A DNA stretch of 35,281 nucleotides from Bdellovibrionota bacterium FG-2 (GTDB lineage: Bacteria > Bdellovibrionota > UBA1018). The notes below the pieces were generated by a model, which was not told the origin of the DNA, did not search any database, and saw only the letters and a program-made list of their open reading frames with translations. The DNA is taken from contig JBBCAV010000042.1 in assembly GCA_051382305.1 (NCBI GenBank), positions 1 to 35,281 on the forward strand, in the 5' to 3' direction. This document shows positions 1 to 9,808 of this stretch, in pieces (position 1 is the first letter of the stretch; each line of letters opens with the position of its first letter). Both the position numbers and the translations under genes were made by a program.

Positions 1-225
1 AATCAAAAGCGCGCTTGGGAGCGGGAGAAAGAAAAGATTGAACAGGTGATTGCCCAGCTTGAAAAAGAACAGGCCGACATTCAGGTGCAAATGGCCGACA
101 ATACGACTTATGACGATAAAGCAAAGACCCTGGCACTAATTGCACGCCAGCGTGAAGTCGAAGCCACGCTAGGGTCGAAGCTCGCCCGCTGGGAAGAATT
201 ATGTTTAGCGCTCGAGGGAAGCTAG
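1..225 (+). CDS. C-terminal fragment of an ABC-F family ATPase (Uup/YheS-like coiled-coil tail), partial at window edge
   Basis: Frame 1 is open from base 1 to TAG at 223-225: NQKRAWEREKEKIEQVIAQLEKEQADIQVQMADNTTY...LARWEELCLALEGS. This resembles the ABC_tran_CTD pattern (IxxLE...L.DP..Y...WEEL). Not in the ORF track because the start is missing. Confidence 0.7.
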   Translation, partial: NQKRAWEREKEKIEQVIAQLEKEQADIQVQMADNTTYDDKAKTLALIARQREVEATLGSKLARWEELCLALEGS

Positions 226-232
226 AGTAACC

Positions 233-571
233 TTACTTCGCAGCAGGTGCAGCGGGTGCCGGAACTGCAACAGGAGCAGCTGCGGGGGCCGCCGGCGCCG
301 CGGCCGGAGCGTTTGAAGGCGCGCCCTCGAACAGACTCTTCTTGCTCTGGCTTCCTAAAACAGTAAGTGTCAGAGACGTAATCATAAACACCGTTGCAGC
401 CCCTTGGGTAAACTTCGTAAAGAAGTTAGCACCGCCGGAGCTGCCGAACACGGTCTGGCTCGAACCGCTAAAAGATGCACTGATCTCCGCACCCTTCCCC
501 GACTGGAGAAGGACGACGAGAACGAGCAAAATACAGGTCACAACATGAATTACGGTTATGAGAGTGATCAT
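233..571 (-). CDS. secG: Preprotein translocase subunit SecG
   Basis: Two TM segments, VLLQSGKG and FGSSGG..FTK.T motifs, Ala/Pro-rich C-terminal tail. Confidence 0.95.
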   Translation of the reverse strand: MITLITVIHVVTCILLVLVVLLQSGKGAEISASFSGSSQTVFGSSGGANFFTKFTQGAATVFMITSLTLTVLGSQSKKSLFEGAPSNAPAAAPAAPAAAPVAVPAPAAPAAK

Positions 572-600
572 CTGGGCGAACCTCTTCTTTAGATTTACTT

Positions 601-2703
601 CTATTTGCCTTCTTTGGCGCGTTTTTCTTGGTACTTCTTAACCATTTCGTCTTGGAGGTTGCGTGGCACAGCTGCGTATTTCGCAAATTCCATCGTGAAC
701 TCGCCCTTGCCTTGGGTCGCAGAACGAATGTCGGTTGAGTAACCGAACATGTCATTGAGCGGTACCTCGGCTTCAATCACGCAGAAACCTTCGTTTGTGG
801 AGCTGTTCAAGATCACACCGCGGCGTTGATTGATCTGGCCGATCACGGAGCCTTGGAACTCTTCGGGAGCCGAAGATTCAAGCTTCATGATAGGTTCCAA
901 AATCGCAGCGCCGGCGTTTTCATAAGCTTCACGGAAGGCCATGAGGGACGCCGTTTTGAAAGCTTGCTCAGAAGAGTCAACCGCATGGGAAGCTCCGTCG
1001 TCGATCGTGACGCGCACACCGACGATGGGGAATCCGATTAGGCGGCCTTCTTTAGTCGCTTCGATGAAGCCTTTTTCGCAAGCGGAGATGAATTCACGAG
1101 GAATCGATCCCCCGACGACTTCATCCACAAACTCGAATTGCGCGACAGCGTCTGCTGGTAGCGGTTCGATAAAGCCTGCAACGCGGCCGTATTGACCGGA
1201 GCCCCCAGTTTGCTTTTTGTGTGTGTAGTTGAATGTGGCGCGTTTCGTGATGGTTTCTCGGAAGGCGACCTGGGGTTTACCCACGACGACTTCGCAAGCG
1301 TACTCACGCTTGATACGTTCGCAATAAATCTCGAGGTGAAGCTCGCCCATCCCACTGATAATTGTCTGCGCGGATTCTTCATCGCGATGCACACGAAGAG
1401 TCGGATCTTCTTTGGTGAACTTGTTGAGCGCTTTAGAGAAGTTGGCAGTGCCAGCTTTATCTTTAGGGGCAATCGCAAGTGAAATCACGGCATTCGGAAC
1501 GAACATCGAGGTCATGGTAACTTTTTGTGTTCCGTCTGTGAAGGTATCGCCCGAAGAGCAATCCACACCGAACAGTGCGACGATATCTCCAGCCTGCGCC
1601 TCATCGATATCGTTCATCTCGTCAGCGTGCATGTGCACTAAGCGCGGGATCTTGACTTTACGATCATTAGTGCTGTTATAAATGAAGTCGCCCTTCTTAA
1701 TGGTGCCCTGATAAATACGCATGTAGGTCAACTGCCCATAGCGGCCTTCATCCAATTTAAACGCAAGGCCGACAAAGGGGGCTTTGGAGTCAGACTTGAG
1801 TACAACCTTTGCTTCGTTAGCGTTTTGGTCAAGAGCGATGTTCTCTTTTTCGCCCGGAGCTGGAAGGTAGTACGTTACCGCATCCAACACGACTTGAACG
1901 CCTTTGTTTTTATAGGCTGAGCCCATGATCACAGGGGTGAACTCAAGACTCATGGTGGCTTTGCGAATCGCAGCGCGCAGTTCATCAATGCTGATGTCTT
2001 GCCCTTCAATGTATTTGAGCCCGACATTGTCGTCGAATTCGCCCACGGCTGCAATTAAGTTTTCGCGATATTTCCGAGCTTCTTCCAAGATATCGGCTGG
2101 GATTGCCTCGATGCGGATATGCTCCCCGTTGTCACCATCAAAGTACATGGCTTCCATGGTGACGAGGTCTACGATGCCTTTAAACTGATCTTCGGCGCCG
2201 ATGGGATAAGTAATAAAGTGAGCGTTATGTCCCAACTTTTCGCGTAGCATCTTGAGTCCGCGGAATGGGTTAGCGCCAGCGCGGTCCATCTTATTGATGA
2301 AGCACATGCGAGGAACTTTATAGCGTTTCATCTGGCGATCGACCGTAATCGACTGAGATTGGACGCCTGCAACCGAGCAAAGAACGAGAACGGCGCCATC
2401 AAGCACGCGAAGAGCGCGCTCTACTTCAATTGTGAAGTCGACGTGGCCTGGAGTGTCAATCAAATTGACCTGATAGTCTTTCCACTCGCAATAGGTAGCG
2501 GCAGATTGAATGGTAATCCCTTTTTCTCGCTCCAAATCCATGAAGTCCATGGTGGCGCCGACGCCTGATTTACCCTTCACTTCTTCGATTTTATGGATTT
2601 TGTTCGTATAGAACAAGATACGTTCAGACAGTGTTGTTTTGCCTGAGTCGATGTGAGCGGAAATTCCGATGTTGCGAACCTTATCGATAGAAATACGAGC
2701 CAT
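601..2703 (-). CDS. fusA: Elongation factor G (stand-alone, spdEFG1/mtEFG1-like)
   Basis: [47 protein letters not shown]; 700 aa. Confidence 0.98.
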   Translation of the reverse strand: MARISIDKVRNIGISAHIDSGKTTLSERILFYTNKIHKIEEVKGKSGVGATMDFMDLEREKGITIQSAATYCEWKDYQVNLIDTPGHVDFTIEVERALRVLDGAVLVLCSVAGVQSQSITVDRQMKRYKVPRMCFINKMDRAGANPFRGLKMLREKLGHNAHFITYPIGAEDQFKGIVDLVTMEAMYFDGDNGEHIRIEAIPADILEEARKYRENLIAAVGEFDDNVGLKYIEGQDISIDELRAAIRKATMSLEFTPVIMGSAYKNKGVQVVLDAVTYYLPAPGEKENIALDQNANEAKVVLKSDSKAPFVGLAFKLDEGRYGQLTYMRIYQGTIKKGDFIYNSTNDRKVKIPRLVHMHADEMNDIDEAQAGDIVALFGVDCSSGDTFTDGTQKVTMTSMFVPNAVISLAIAPKDKAGTANFSKALNKFTKEDPTLRVHRDEESAQTIISGMGELHLEIYCERIKREYACEVVVGKPQVAFRETITKRATFNYTHKKQTGGSGQYGRVAGFIEPLPADAVAQFEFVDEVVGGSIPREFISACEKGFIEATKEGRLIGFPIVGVRVTIDDGASHAVDSSEQAFKTASLMAFREAYENAGAAILEPIMKLESSAPEEFQGSVIGQINQRRGVILNSSTNEGFCVIEAEVPLNDMFGYSTDIRSATQGKGEFTMEFAKYAAVPRNLQDEMVKKYQEKRAKEGK

Positions 2704-2784
2704 TGCAAACCTCTTCCTTGCTTTAAAGTGTCAGACTTTGTAACCAAAAAGAAACCTTTTAATCAAGAAAAAAGGGGAGGCCTC

Positions 2785-3333
2785 ATGAAAAAGCTTTTTT
2801 GGATCGATCTCGAAATGACCGGCTTGGATGAGAAGTCGGATTCCATCTTGGAAGTGGCGGTGGTCGTCACGGATATGGACCTTAATCCCGTAGAGGAATT
2901 TCATCGCGTGGTCTTTCAGCCCCCTGAGGTTGTTGAGAAAATGAACGATTGGTGCAAGAAAACTCACGGAGAGAGCGGCCTGACGCAAGCTATCCCAGGA
3001 GGGACGCCCCTTGCGAAGGTGGAAGAAGAGTTGATTGCTTTGGCAAATCGGCATTTCAGTACCAAGGATCGAGTGGTCTTGTGCGGCAACTCGGTCGGAA
3101 ATGATCGCCGATTTATCGACAAATACCTGCCTGAGTTTGAGAAACACCTCCATTATCGGCTCATCGATGTGAGCTCATTTAAGGAGATTTTCCGGGAAAA
3201 GTACGCAGTTTCTTTCGAAAAGAAGAATGCGCATCGGGCCATTGGCGATATTTATGAGTCGATTAAAGAATTAGCGCATTATTTGTCCTTTGTCTCGGTT
3301 CCGGGTGCCCCCTCAAAGAAGGGGGCTGTATGA
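2785..3333 (+). CDS. orn: Oligoribonuclease (DEDDh nanoRNase)
   Basis: WIDLEMTGLD, CGNSVGNDRRFI, HYRLIDVSS, HRAIGDIYESIKEL. Start moved to ATG 2785, which follows SD GGGGAGG (2774-2780). Confidence 0.95.
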   Translation: MKKLFWIDLEMTGLDEKSDSILEVAVVVTDMDLNPVEEFHRVVFQPPEVVEKMNDWCKKTHGESGLTQAIPGGTPLAKVEEELIALANRHFSTKDRVVLCGNSVGNDRRFIDKYLPEFEKHLHYRLIDVSSFKEIFREKYAVSFEKKNAHRAIGDIYESIKELAHYLSFVSVPGAPSKKGAV

Positions 3334-3749
3334 GTAGGCCTAGTTTTGAGGCGATTTATCTGCATTTGGCTCAAACGCTTTCGCGGAGATCGACCTGCGT
3401 GCGGTTGCAGGTGGGGACGGTGATCACGACGACAGATTTCAGAAAAGTCTTGGCTGTCGGATACAATGGGAACGCCACCGGCCTTCACAACGGATGCGAT
3501 CGAGAGGAGCCTGGCAATTGTGGATGTTTACATTCAGAAGAGAACGCCGTGATCAACTGCGATGCTCCCCGCTTTATGGAGAAATTTGTTTTTGTAACGC
3601 ACCTTCCCTGCGTGGCCTGCGCTAAGCGGCTCATCAATCTAGGGAATGTCAAAGCCGTGTATTACGCTCAAGACTATCGCTTACGCGATTCCGTGGAGTT
3701 ATTAAAATCAGTGGGAATCGAAACGATTCAGCTCAATCCTACGCTATGA
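3330..3749 (+). CDS. dCMP deaminase / ComEB-like zinc-dependent deaminase
   Basis: RSTC..LQVG, GYNG, HSEENA, PCVAC motifs; ATGA overlap with the orn stop. Confidence 0.9.
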   Translation: MSRPSFEAIYLHLAQTLSRRSTCVRLQVGTVITTTDFRKVLAVGYNGNATGLHNGCDREEPGNCGCLHSEENAVINCDAPRFMEKFVFVTHLPCVACAKRLINLGNVKAVYYAQDYRLRDSVELLKSVGIETIQLNPTL

Positions 3750-6400
3750 ATTCAGGTGGTTTTTTGTTCATTCTCGCGGTTTTTTTCGCTGCCGGTGCCG
3801 CGGGGGCGGTTTTGCCTTCAACTTCACCTTCAACTTCGCCTTCTTCTTTTCCGCGCCCGGATCATAAGCTTTCATGGGCGCTGACTCAAACAGAGGCCAC
3901 GTTTCGGTCGCAGGTTATTTCGAAGGTAATTTATAACCTTCGGTTTCGTCTTGGGGGGGAAAGTCGGGATTTTGAAGGATATGCTCGGATTCGATTCCAC
4001 TATAAAAGGATTAATGACCAGGTCGTTTGGCTTGATTTTGAGGGCGGGGCGATTCGTCAACTGACGCTCAACGGGGTTCTAGACAATCAATCTCGTTTTG
4101 ACCGGCATCGAATTTATTTTTTAGCCGCGGAACTAAAAGAGGGCGAGAATGAGGTCGAAATTGCCTTTTCTCATCCCTACGGCCGGGGGAGTCGCGATGT
4201 GCGCGATGACGGAGGACTCGTCAGGATTCGCGACACCAATGAGGGGCGAATCTATCTGCACTCCAATCTTGAGCCGTTTTTTGCAAATCGGGTGTTTCCA
4301 TGTTTTGACCAACCTGATTTGAAGGCTCGCATTGAACTCGTGGTCGAGGCCCCCCAAGATTGGCTTGTGATTGCAAACGCGCCCGAGCAACGCGTAAAGA
4401 AAGAGGAAGGTCGAACCCTTTGGACGTTTCAGCCTACCGAAGTGTTGAGTACTTATTTGTTTGCGCTTCATGCGGGGCCTTTCAGAATGTGGAAGCAGAG
4501 CGCTGAAACGGGGATCGTACTCAGGCTTTTTGCGCGCCCATCACTCGCGGATAGTTTGGATGTGCACGAGTGGTTTGAAACTACAAAAAAAGGGTTTGCC
4601 TATTTTACGCGTGCGTTTGGGGTGCCGTTTCCCTTTCAAAAGTATGATCAAGTGATTGCGCCTGGATTCTACGGGGGGGGGATGGAGAATGCCGCTGCCC
4701 CCATCTTTTCAGAAAGCTTTGTTCTTGATGAACGCTCTGTTCGGACCGAGACGATCTTGCATGAGCTCTCCCATATGTGGTTTGGAGATCTGGTGACACC
4801 TCAATGGTGGAACGGCCTTTGGTTGAACGAAAGTTTTGCGACCTTTGCGGCCGAGGAGGCCAAGGGCGGAGGGTTTTCTGTTTCTAAGCGGAAGGCGTAT
4901 TGGGCTGAGGCATCTTCTACGGCCCATTCAGTTGATTTTGCAGTCGCTGACACTGAATTGATTCAAGAGAGTTTTGATGACATTACCTATGCGAAGGGTG
5001 CCGCAGTCATCCGGCAATTATCTTTTCAGCTTGGGGAAAAGGTATTCAGGGAAGGGGTTCGAAAATACTTAGGCAAATTCGCCCATGGCAATGCCAATCA
5101 AGATGCCTTTTTTCGTGTTCTTTCAGCAGCGTCAGGGCGCGACCTGGGCGCGTGGCAACGGCTTTGGATTCAGACGCCTGGTGCTAATTCTCTGCGGGCT
5201 GAATGGGCCTGCAAGAAAAATAGGATTTCAGCTTTTAAGCTCGTTCAAGGGTCTGTTTTGAGACCCCATCGAACGACGCTTTTGTTGCTGCTGCCCTCGA
5301 AGAAGACCGTCACAAAGGATGTTTTTTATTCCGCAAAAGACACTGATTTCCCAGAACTTCTTGGCAGTGTTTGTCCGGTTTTTGTATTTCCAAACGAGAT
5401 GGATCGAGATTATGTGAAAGTAGAAATTGATGCATCCTCTCGAGCCTATCTTCTGGGACATCTAAATGAATTTAAGGACGTTTCCCTGAGAAGGTTGGTT
5501 TGGTTTTCGCTCTGGGATTCTGTCCTGGAAGGGAATTTAACCCCTGCGGATTATTTGAAAATCGTGCTTGCCCAAATTCGAGAGGAAATGAATCCGAGTG
5601 TCTTGGCGCAGGTCTTGGAGACAATTACTGGAATGCCAACAGTATTGAGTTTATTGCCGCCCATGGAGGCCCTCAGGTGGCGGGGGCAGCTTGAGGCTCT
5701 TGTGCGTGGAGATTTTGTGTCGGGCAAAGGGTGGGCCTCAGGAAATGCTGACTTGGGGCAGGTTGCTTTTGATTTTATTCTGGACCTGAGTTCTACGTCT
5801 TTTTCTGCAGATTCGGTAGAGGTCCTAAAAGGGGTTTTGCTGGGGAAGCTCCCCATTCGGGGTTGGTTGCTGGGGGCACAGCATCGTTGGGGTATTTTGA
5901 AGGCGCTCGCGCGCGCTGGATACCGTGATGTCTATTTGTTGGTCGACGCAGAACTAGCACGGGATCATACAGATAGGGCGCAAATGGAGGCTCAAAAAGT
6001 GCGAGCATTTTTTCCTGACCCCCAAAACCGCAAGTTTTGGTTTAAGAGTTTTAGGGAGGGAGCCTCGGGACGGTTGCGAGGAGCGCTAGTGGATTTTCAA
6101 GCCGCGGGCGAGGAAGATCCTTTGCTGACTTTGGTTTCTGAGTATTTTGTTGAACTGGAAAAGATTTTTAAAAGTCCTGTTCCCGAGGAGCGGCAAGAGT
6201 GGGCTTTTTCACTTGTGAAATACCTTTTTCCTCCTTCGTGTGATGGCGGGGTCGTAAAAAAAACTCGTATCTTTTTGGATGCTCATCCCGATTTACCGAA
6301 ATTAGTTCGTACCTCGCTTGAGTTGTCTCGCGAGAACGTGGAACGATGTGTGAGGATCAGAGGGAAGGCTCTTGCCGCGGGGCTAGTCCCACAGCTCTAG
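3746..6400 (+). CDS. pepN: Secreted M1-family aminopeptidase N
   Basis: N-terminal signal peptide, FPCFDQPDLKA, GGMEN, HELSH-x18-E (WLNESFA), ITYAKGA; ATGA overlap with the upstream gene. Confidence 0.92.
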   Translation: MNSGGFLFILAVFFAAGAAGAVLPSTSPSTSPSSFPRPDHKLSWALTQTEATFRSQVISKVIYNLRFRLGGESRDFEGYARIRFHYKRINDQVVWLDFEGGAIRQLTLNGVLDNQSRFDRHRIYFLAAELKEGENEVEIAFSHPYGRGSRDVRDDGGLVRIRDTNEGRIYLHSNLEPFFANRVFPCFDQPDLKARIELVVEAPQDWLVIANAPEQRVKKEEGRTLWTFQPTEVLSTYLFALHAGPFRMWKQSAETGIVLRLFARPSLADSLDVHEWFETTKKGFAYFTRAFGVPFPFQKYDQVIAPGFYGGGMENAAAPIFSESFVLDERSVRTETILHELSHMWFGDLVTPQWWNGLWLNESFATFAAEEAKGGGFSVSKRKAYWAEASSTAHSVDFAVADTELIQESFDDITYAKGAAVIRQLSFQLGEKVFREGVRKYLGKFAHGNANQDAFFRVLSAASGRDLGAWQRLWIQTPGANSLRAEWACKKNRISAFKLVQGSVLRPHRTTLLLLLPSKKTVTKDVFYSAKDTDFPELLGSVCPVFVFPNEMDRDYVKVEIDASSRAYLLGHLNEFKDVSLRRLVWFSLWDSVLEGNLTPADYLKIVLAQIREEMNPSVLAQVLETITGMPTVLSLLPPMEALRWRGQLEALVRGDFVSGKGWASGNADLGQVAFDFILDLSSTSFSADSVEVLKGVLLGKLPIRGWLLGAQHRWGILKALARAGYRDVYLLVDAELARDHTDRAQMEAQKVRAFFPDPQNRKFWFKSFREGASGRLRGALVDFQAAGEEDPLLTLVSEYFVELEKIFKSPVPEERQEWAFSLVKYLFPPSCDGGVVKKTRIFLDAHPDLPKLVRTSLELSRENVERCVRIRGKALAAGLVPQL
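3815..3850 (+). repeat. Imperfect 12-bp tandem repeat encoding a PSTS-PSTS-PSSF linker
   Basis: ccttcaacttca ccttcaacttcg ccttcttctttt, directly after the pepN signal peptide. Confidence 0.6.
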
Positions 6401-7165
6401 TACCACGGGGCAGTGATCCGAACCACGCACTTCGGGTTGATGCGTGACGTTTTTCAGGCGATCCTTGAGTGATGGGTCCACGCAAAAGTAGTCTAAGCGC
6501 CATCCGATGTTTTTCTCACGCACTCCCGGGCGATAGCTCCACCAGGTGTAGTGTCCGCCCTCGGAATTGAAGTGTCTGAAGGTGTCGATGTAGCCGTGGC
6601 CTAAGCCACGGCCCAAGAACGTTTCCATCCAGGCGCGTTCTTCCGGCAAAAAGCCGGCGTTGTTTTCATTCGCTTTGGGGTTTTTGAGGTCAATTTCCCG
6701 GTGCGCAATATTGAAATCCCCGCAGAGGACGACAGACTTACCTTGTTCGCGCAGGGTGTCGCAGAATTTGTGGATCGCCTCGCAAAATTCGAGTTTGTAG
6801 CATAGCCGGGTGTGCTCACGTTGCGAATTGGGAAAATAGGCGTTGAGAAGGATGAAGTTAGCAAATTCTGCGATCAGAATTCTTCCCTCCGAATCAAACT
6901 GGGGAATCCCGATCCCTTCTCGCACCGACAGAGGTTCCTTGCGAGTATAAATCGCCACGCCACTATAGCCAGGTTTTTGGGCGGGGAACCAAAAGGAGTT
7001 ATATTTGAGGGGATGAATCATATCGATCGTCAGTTGATCAGGAGAGGCTTTGATCTCTTGTACGCAAACCACATCAGCGTTTTGATTTTCGAACCACTTG
7101 AGAAATCCATTACGTTCTGCGGCACGGATTCCGTTGACGTTCCACGAGATGAGTTTCATGGCCAT
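6383..7165 (-). CDS. xth: Exodeoxyribonuclease III (AP endonuclease)
   Basis: SWNVNGIRA, QEIKA, GYSGV, YFPN, GDFNIAH, YTWWSYR, GWRLDYF, SDHCP. Start may be 7159; 3' end overlaps pepN by 18 bp. Confidence 0.97.
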   Translation of the reverse strand: MAMKLISWNVNGIRAAERNGFLKWFENQNADVVCVQEIKASPDQLTIDMIHPLKYNSFWFPAQKPGYSGVAIYTRKEPLSVREGIGIPQFDSEGRILIAEFANFILLNAYFPNSQREHTRLCYKLEFCEAIHKFCDTLREQGKSVVLCGDFNIAHREIDLKNPKANENNAGFLPEERAWMETFLGRGLGHGYIDTFRHFNSEGGHYTWWSYRPGVREKNIGWRLDYFCVDPSLKDRLKNVTHQPEVRGSDHCPVVLELWD

Positions 7166-7251
7166 ATCGTGACGATACCTCGGGGGTGGGGCGGTGAAAA
7201 GTTAAAAAACCTTCTTGAACTGTCCTCCTAATTCAAGGAAAGTCCGGGGAT

Positions 7252-8934
7252 ATGAAGTTTAGAGTTTTGTCAGGTCTTGCGGTTGGGGTGAGTCTTCTTT
7301 TCGTTTTCGGTTCGCTCGGGTCTAGTTCGCTAGGGCATGCGAGCCCGAAGCGGCCGAAGTTGATTGTGATGCTCGTTGTTGATCAGTTTAGAGCGGATTA
7401 TCTTCAGCGTTTTGAAAAACGGTTCTTACCGCCGTTGGGTAAGGACGGACGTTTTGGGGGATTTCGGTATTTGATGAGTAAAGGGGCGTATTATCCTCAA
7501 GCTCATTACGATCTCCTTCAATGCATGACGGGTCCTGGGCATGCGAGTGTTTTAACGGGGGCCTATCCTTATCAGGCAGGGATCGGACTCAATGATTGGT
7601 TTGACCGAGAGACCGGTTCACGAGTCAATTGCGCAGAAGATCGTAGCGTGTCCAGCGTAGGGGCAACGGTTGCTTCGCCTCATGCGGGGACTTCGCCTCG
7701 AAACCTCTGGGCGGACACGGTCGGTGATGAACTCAAGAACGCCGGCTATCCCGCTCGTGTTTTTTCGATTTCGCTTAAAGATCGCTCCGCAATTTTCATG
7801 GGCGGGCATCGCGCGGATGCTGCGTTTTGGTTTAACCCGGAAAGTTTCAGTTGGATTTCGAGTCGGTATTATTTTCCACAAGGCGAGCTGCCCGCTTGGA
7901 TCAAGGATTTAAATTCGGCGCTTCAAAAAGAAAAAGGTAAGCCTTTTGTTTGGGAGCCCAAAGGCAAAGCTGCGGGCTTTTCCATAGATGAAAAAGGTCA
8001 TTTTCCTCATTCAACGACGGTCGGTGAAAAGGCCATTCTGATGACGCCTTATGGTCTTGAAATGACACTTGAGATTTCAAAAAAGGCGCTTGATGTTCTT
8101 CACCTTGGAGAGGGCCCGAGTTCGGATTTGTTGGCGGTAAGCTTTTCGAGCCATGATTATGCCGGCCATGCTTATGGCCCCAATAGCAGAGAGATGGAGG
8201 AGATGACTGTCGTCGAAGATCGAATTCTCTCTGATTTTTTAAATCATTTGAACGTGCGAGTGCCGGGCGGGTTGGCGAATGTCCTGGTCGCCTTCACGGC
8301 AGATCACGGGGTGGCGCCATTTTTTGAGGAGATCAACAAACAGGATCGGGGACACTTGCCTGGGATGCGAGTAGTTGAAGAAGAGGTCACTCAGGCGGTT
8401 TCCGAGAAGTTGATTCAAAAGTTTGGTAAGCCGGGCTCGGGCGAGTGGGTTTTGTTTAATCACGAGTGGAACATTTTCCTAAACTCCAAGGCTGCCTTGA
8501 AGAAGGGTATTGATCCTGTAAAGCTCCAGGTCGTTGCCAAAGAAGCGATTCTCAATGACCCGCGATTTAAGGGCGCGTTCGCCTTTGTTTTCACGGCTCA
8601 TGAATACGTTGAGCGAAAATTGCCTCCAGGAATTCTAGAGCAGCAGATTCTTCATAGTTATATTCCGGAGCGAAGTGGGGATGTCGTTATGATTCCTAGA
8701 CCTTTTGTCGTGCCGAAGAATTTTGATAGTACGAGCCACCTTACGGGCTATAGTTATGATCGGACCGTGCCTCTGATTTTGCTTGGCACTGGAATCCGCT
8801 CTGGAATCTATTCGGCTTCGGCCGGGGTGGTCGATATTGCGCCCACCTTGTCTTTTTTAGCGGGGGTGTTGCCGCCAGCGATGACGGAAGGCCGTGTCTT
8901 GTCTGAGGCGTTGCTCCCCGGAAAGGGGGAGTAA
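7252..8934 (+). CDS. Secreted alkaline phosphatase superfamily protein, PafA-like
   Basis: Signal peptide, VVDQFRADY, Thr nucleophile in MTGPGHA, SLKDR, DYAGHAYGP, TADHG, and a His in TSHLTGYSYD. Confidence 0.9.
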   Translation: MKFRVLSGLAVGVSLLFVFGSLGSSSLGHASPKRPKLIVMLVVDQFRADYLQRFEKRFLPPLGKDGRFGGFRYLMSKGAYYPQAHYDLLQCMTGPGHASVLTGAYPYQAGIGLNDWFDRETGSRVNCAEDRSVSSVGATVASPHAGTSPRNLWADTVGDELKNAGYPARVFSISLKDRSAIFMGGHRADAAFWFNPESFSWISSRYYFPQGELPAWIKDLNSALQKEKGKPFVWEPKGKAAGFSIDEKGHFPHSTTVGEKAILMTPYGLEMTLEISKKALDVLHLGEGPSSDLLAVSFSSHDYAGHAYGPNSREMEEMTVVEDRILSDFLNHLNVRVPGGLANVLVAFTADHGVAPFFEEINKQDRGHLPGMRVVEEEVTQAVSEKLIQKFGKPGSGEWVLFNHEWNIFLNSKAALKKGIDPVKLQVVAKEAILNDPRFKGAFAFVFTAHEYVERKLPPGILEQQILHSYIPERSGDVVMIPRPFVVPKNFDSTSHLTGYSYDRTVPLILLGTGIRSGIYSASAGVVDIAPTLSFLAGVLPPAMTEGRVLSEALLPGKGE

Positions 8935-8935
8935 G

Positions 8936-9799
8936 ATGGCGGGAATTCGTCCGTCTCCTGCGATCATTGTAGAAGAAGATGTCGCGCTAGGCGAGTGCGT
9001 GCGCCAGATGCGCGAGAAGAATGCGGGGTCGGTATTGGTCGTGAAAAAGGAGGCCTCTGGGTCCTCCCCTGGAAGTACTGCCGATGCGCTTGTGGGGATT
9101 TTCACCGAGCGAGATTTTATGCAAAAGGTGAGCCTTTTGCCGGGCAAGGAGTGGCAGCATCGAATGATTGGATCGGTGATGACGCCGAATCCAATTTCGA
9201 TTAGTCTTGCTCAAGTCAAAGACGCTGCGGCGATTATGATTCGATCGGGGATTCGGCATCTCCCGGTTGTCATTGATTTGCCCGGGAATCCCAGTGCGTT
9301 AGTCGGCGTCGTTTCGATGCGGGATTTGTTTAAGCATTATTACGAACTGAGTGCCGGCTTTCCGCTTGGAGCATCTGCGAGTGTGCCTGTGGCGAATGAA
9401 GTGCCGCGTGAGTCACAAGTGGGTCTTCTCACTGATGACGAAAAAACGCGTGCGCTCTTGATGGCAGGCTTGAGCAGTCTAAGTGGATCGACTTTGATTC
9501 GAATGAGTTATGATGAAGTTTTGAGTGATTCTGGCCTGAACCCCACCCTCAAGGGTCTGGGAGTCTTTGTTATTGATTTGGATCAGTTGGGTTCCGCGAA
9601 GTGGTCGCTGCTCTTGCGCAATTTGAATCTCGATCCTGATGCGCCTCCTGCAGTGATCGTTTTTAATCCGATGCTTTGTTCGCCTCAAGAGTTGGCCGTT
9701 TTGGAGCGGCTTGAAGCTTCACGCAAGTTCTCGATATTTAGAAAGCCGCTTAATCCGTTGGAGCTGTTTGAGCATTTGCAGGCGTTATTGGTTCGGTAG
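8936..9799 (+). CDS. CBS-pair domain protein with C-terminal receiver-like domain
   Basis: CBS motifs GIFTERD, VMTPNP, IRHLPVV, GVVSMRDL. The C-terminus has LLTDD..., VIDLD and RKP. ATG 8936 lies 2 nt after the upstream stop, following GGGGGAG. Confidence 0.75.
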   Translation: MAGIRPSPAIIVEEDVALGECVRQMREKNAGSVLVVKKEASGSSPGSTADALVGIFTERDFMQKVSLLPGKEWQHRMIGSVMTPNPISISLAQVKDAAAIMIRSGIRHLPVVIDLPGNPSALVGVVSMRDLFKHYYELSAGFPLGASASVPVANEVPRESQVGLLTDDEKTRALLMAGLSSLSGSTLIRMSYDEVLSDSGLNPTLKGLGVFVIDLDQLGSAKWSLLLRNLNLDPDAPPAVIVFNPMLCSPQELAVLERLEASRKFSIFRKPLNPLELFEHLQALLVR

Positions 9800-9808
9800 G
9801 GGGCGCTC

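Noticed and set aside
226-232. tRNA-Leu often found after secG
   Set aside because: Only 7 bp lie between the convergent stops.
2653-2784. N-terminal extension of Orn given by the ORF track
   Set aside because: It overlaps the fusA start, and a strong SD supports ATG 2785.
7211-7242. Inverted repeat CTTGAA...TTCAAG upstream of the phosphatase as a Pho box
   Set aside because: Pho boxes are direct repeats, and this short match may be chance.
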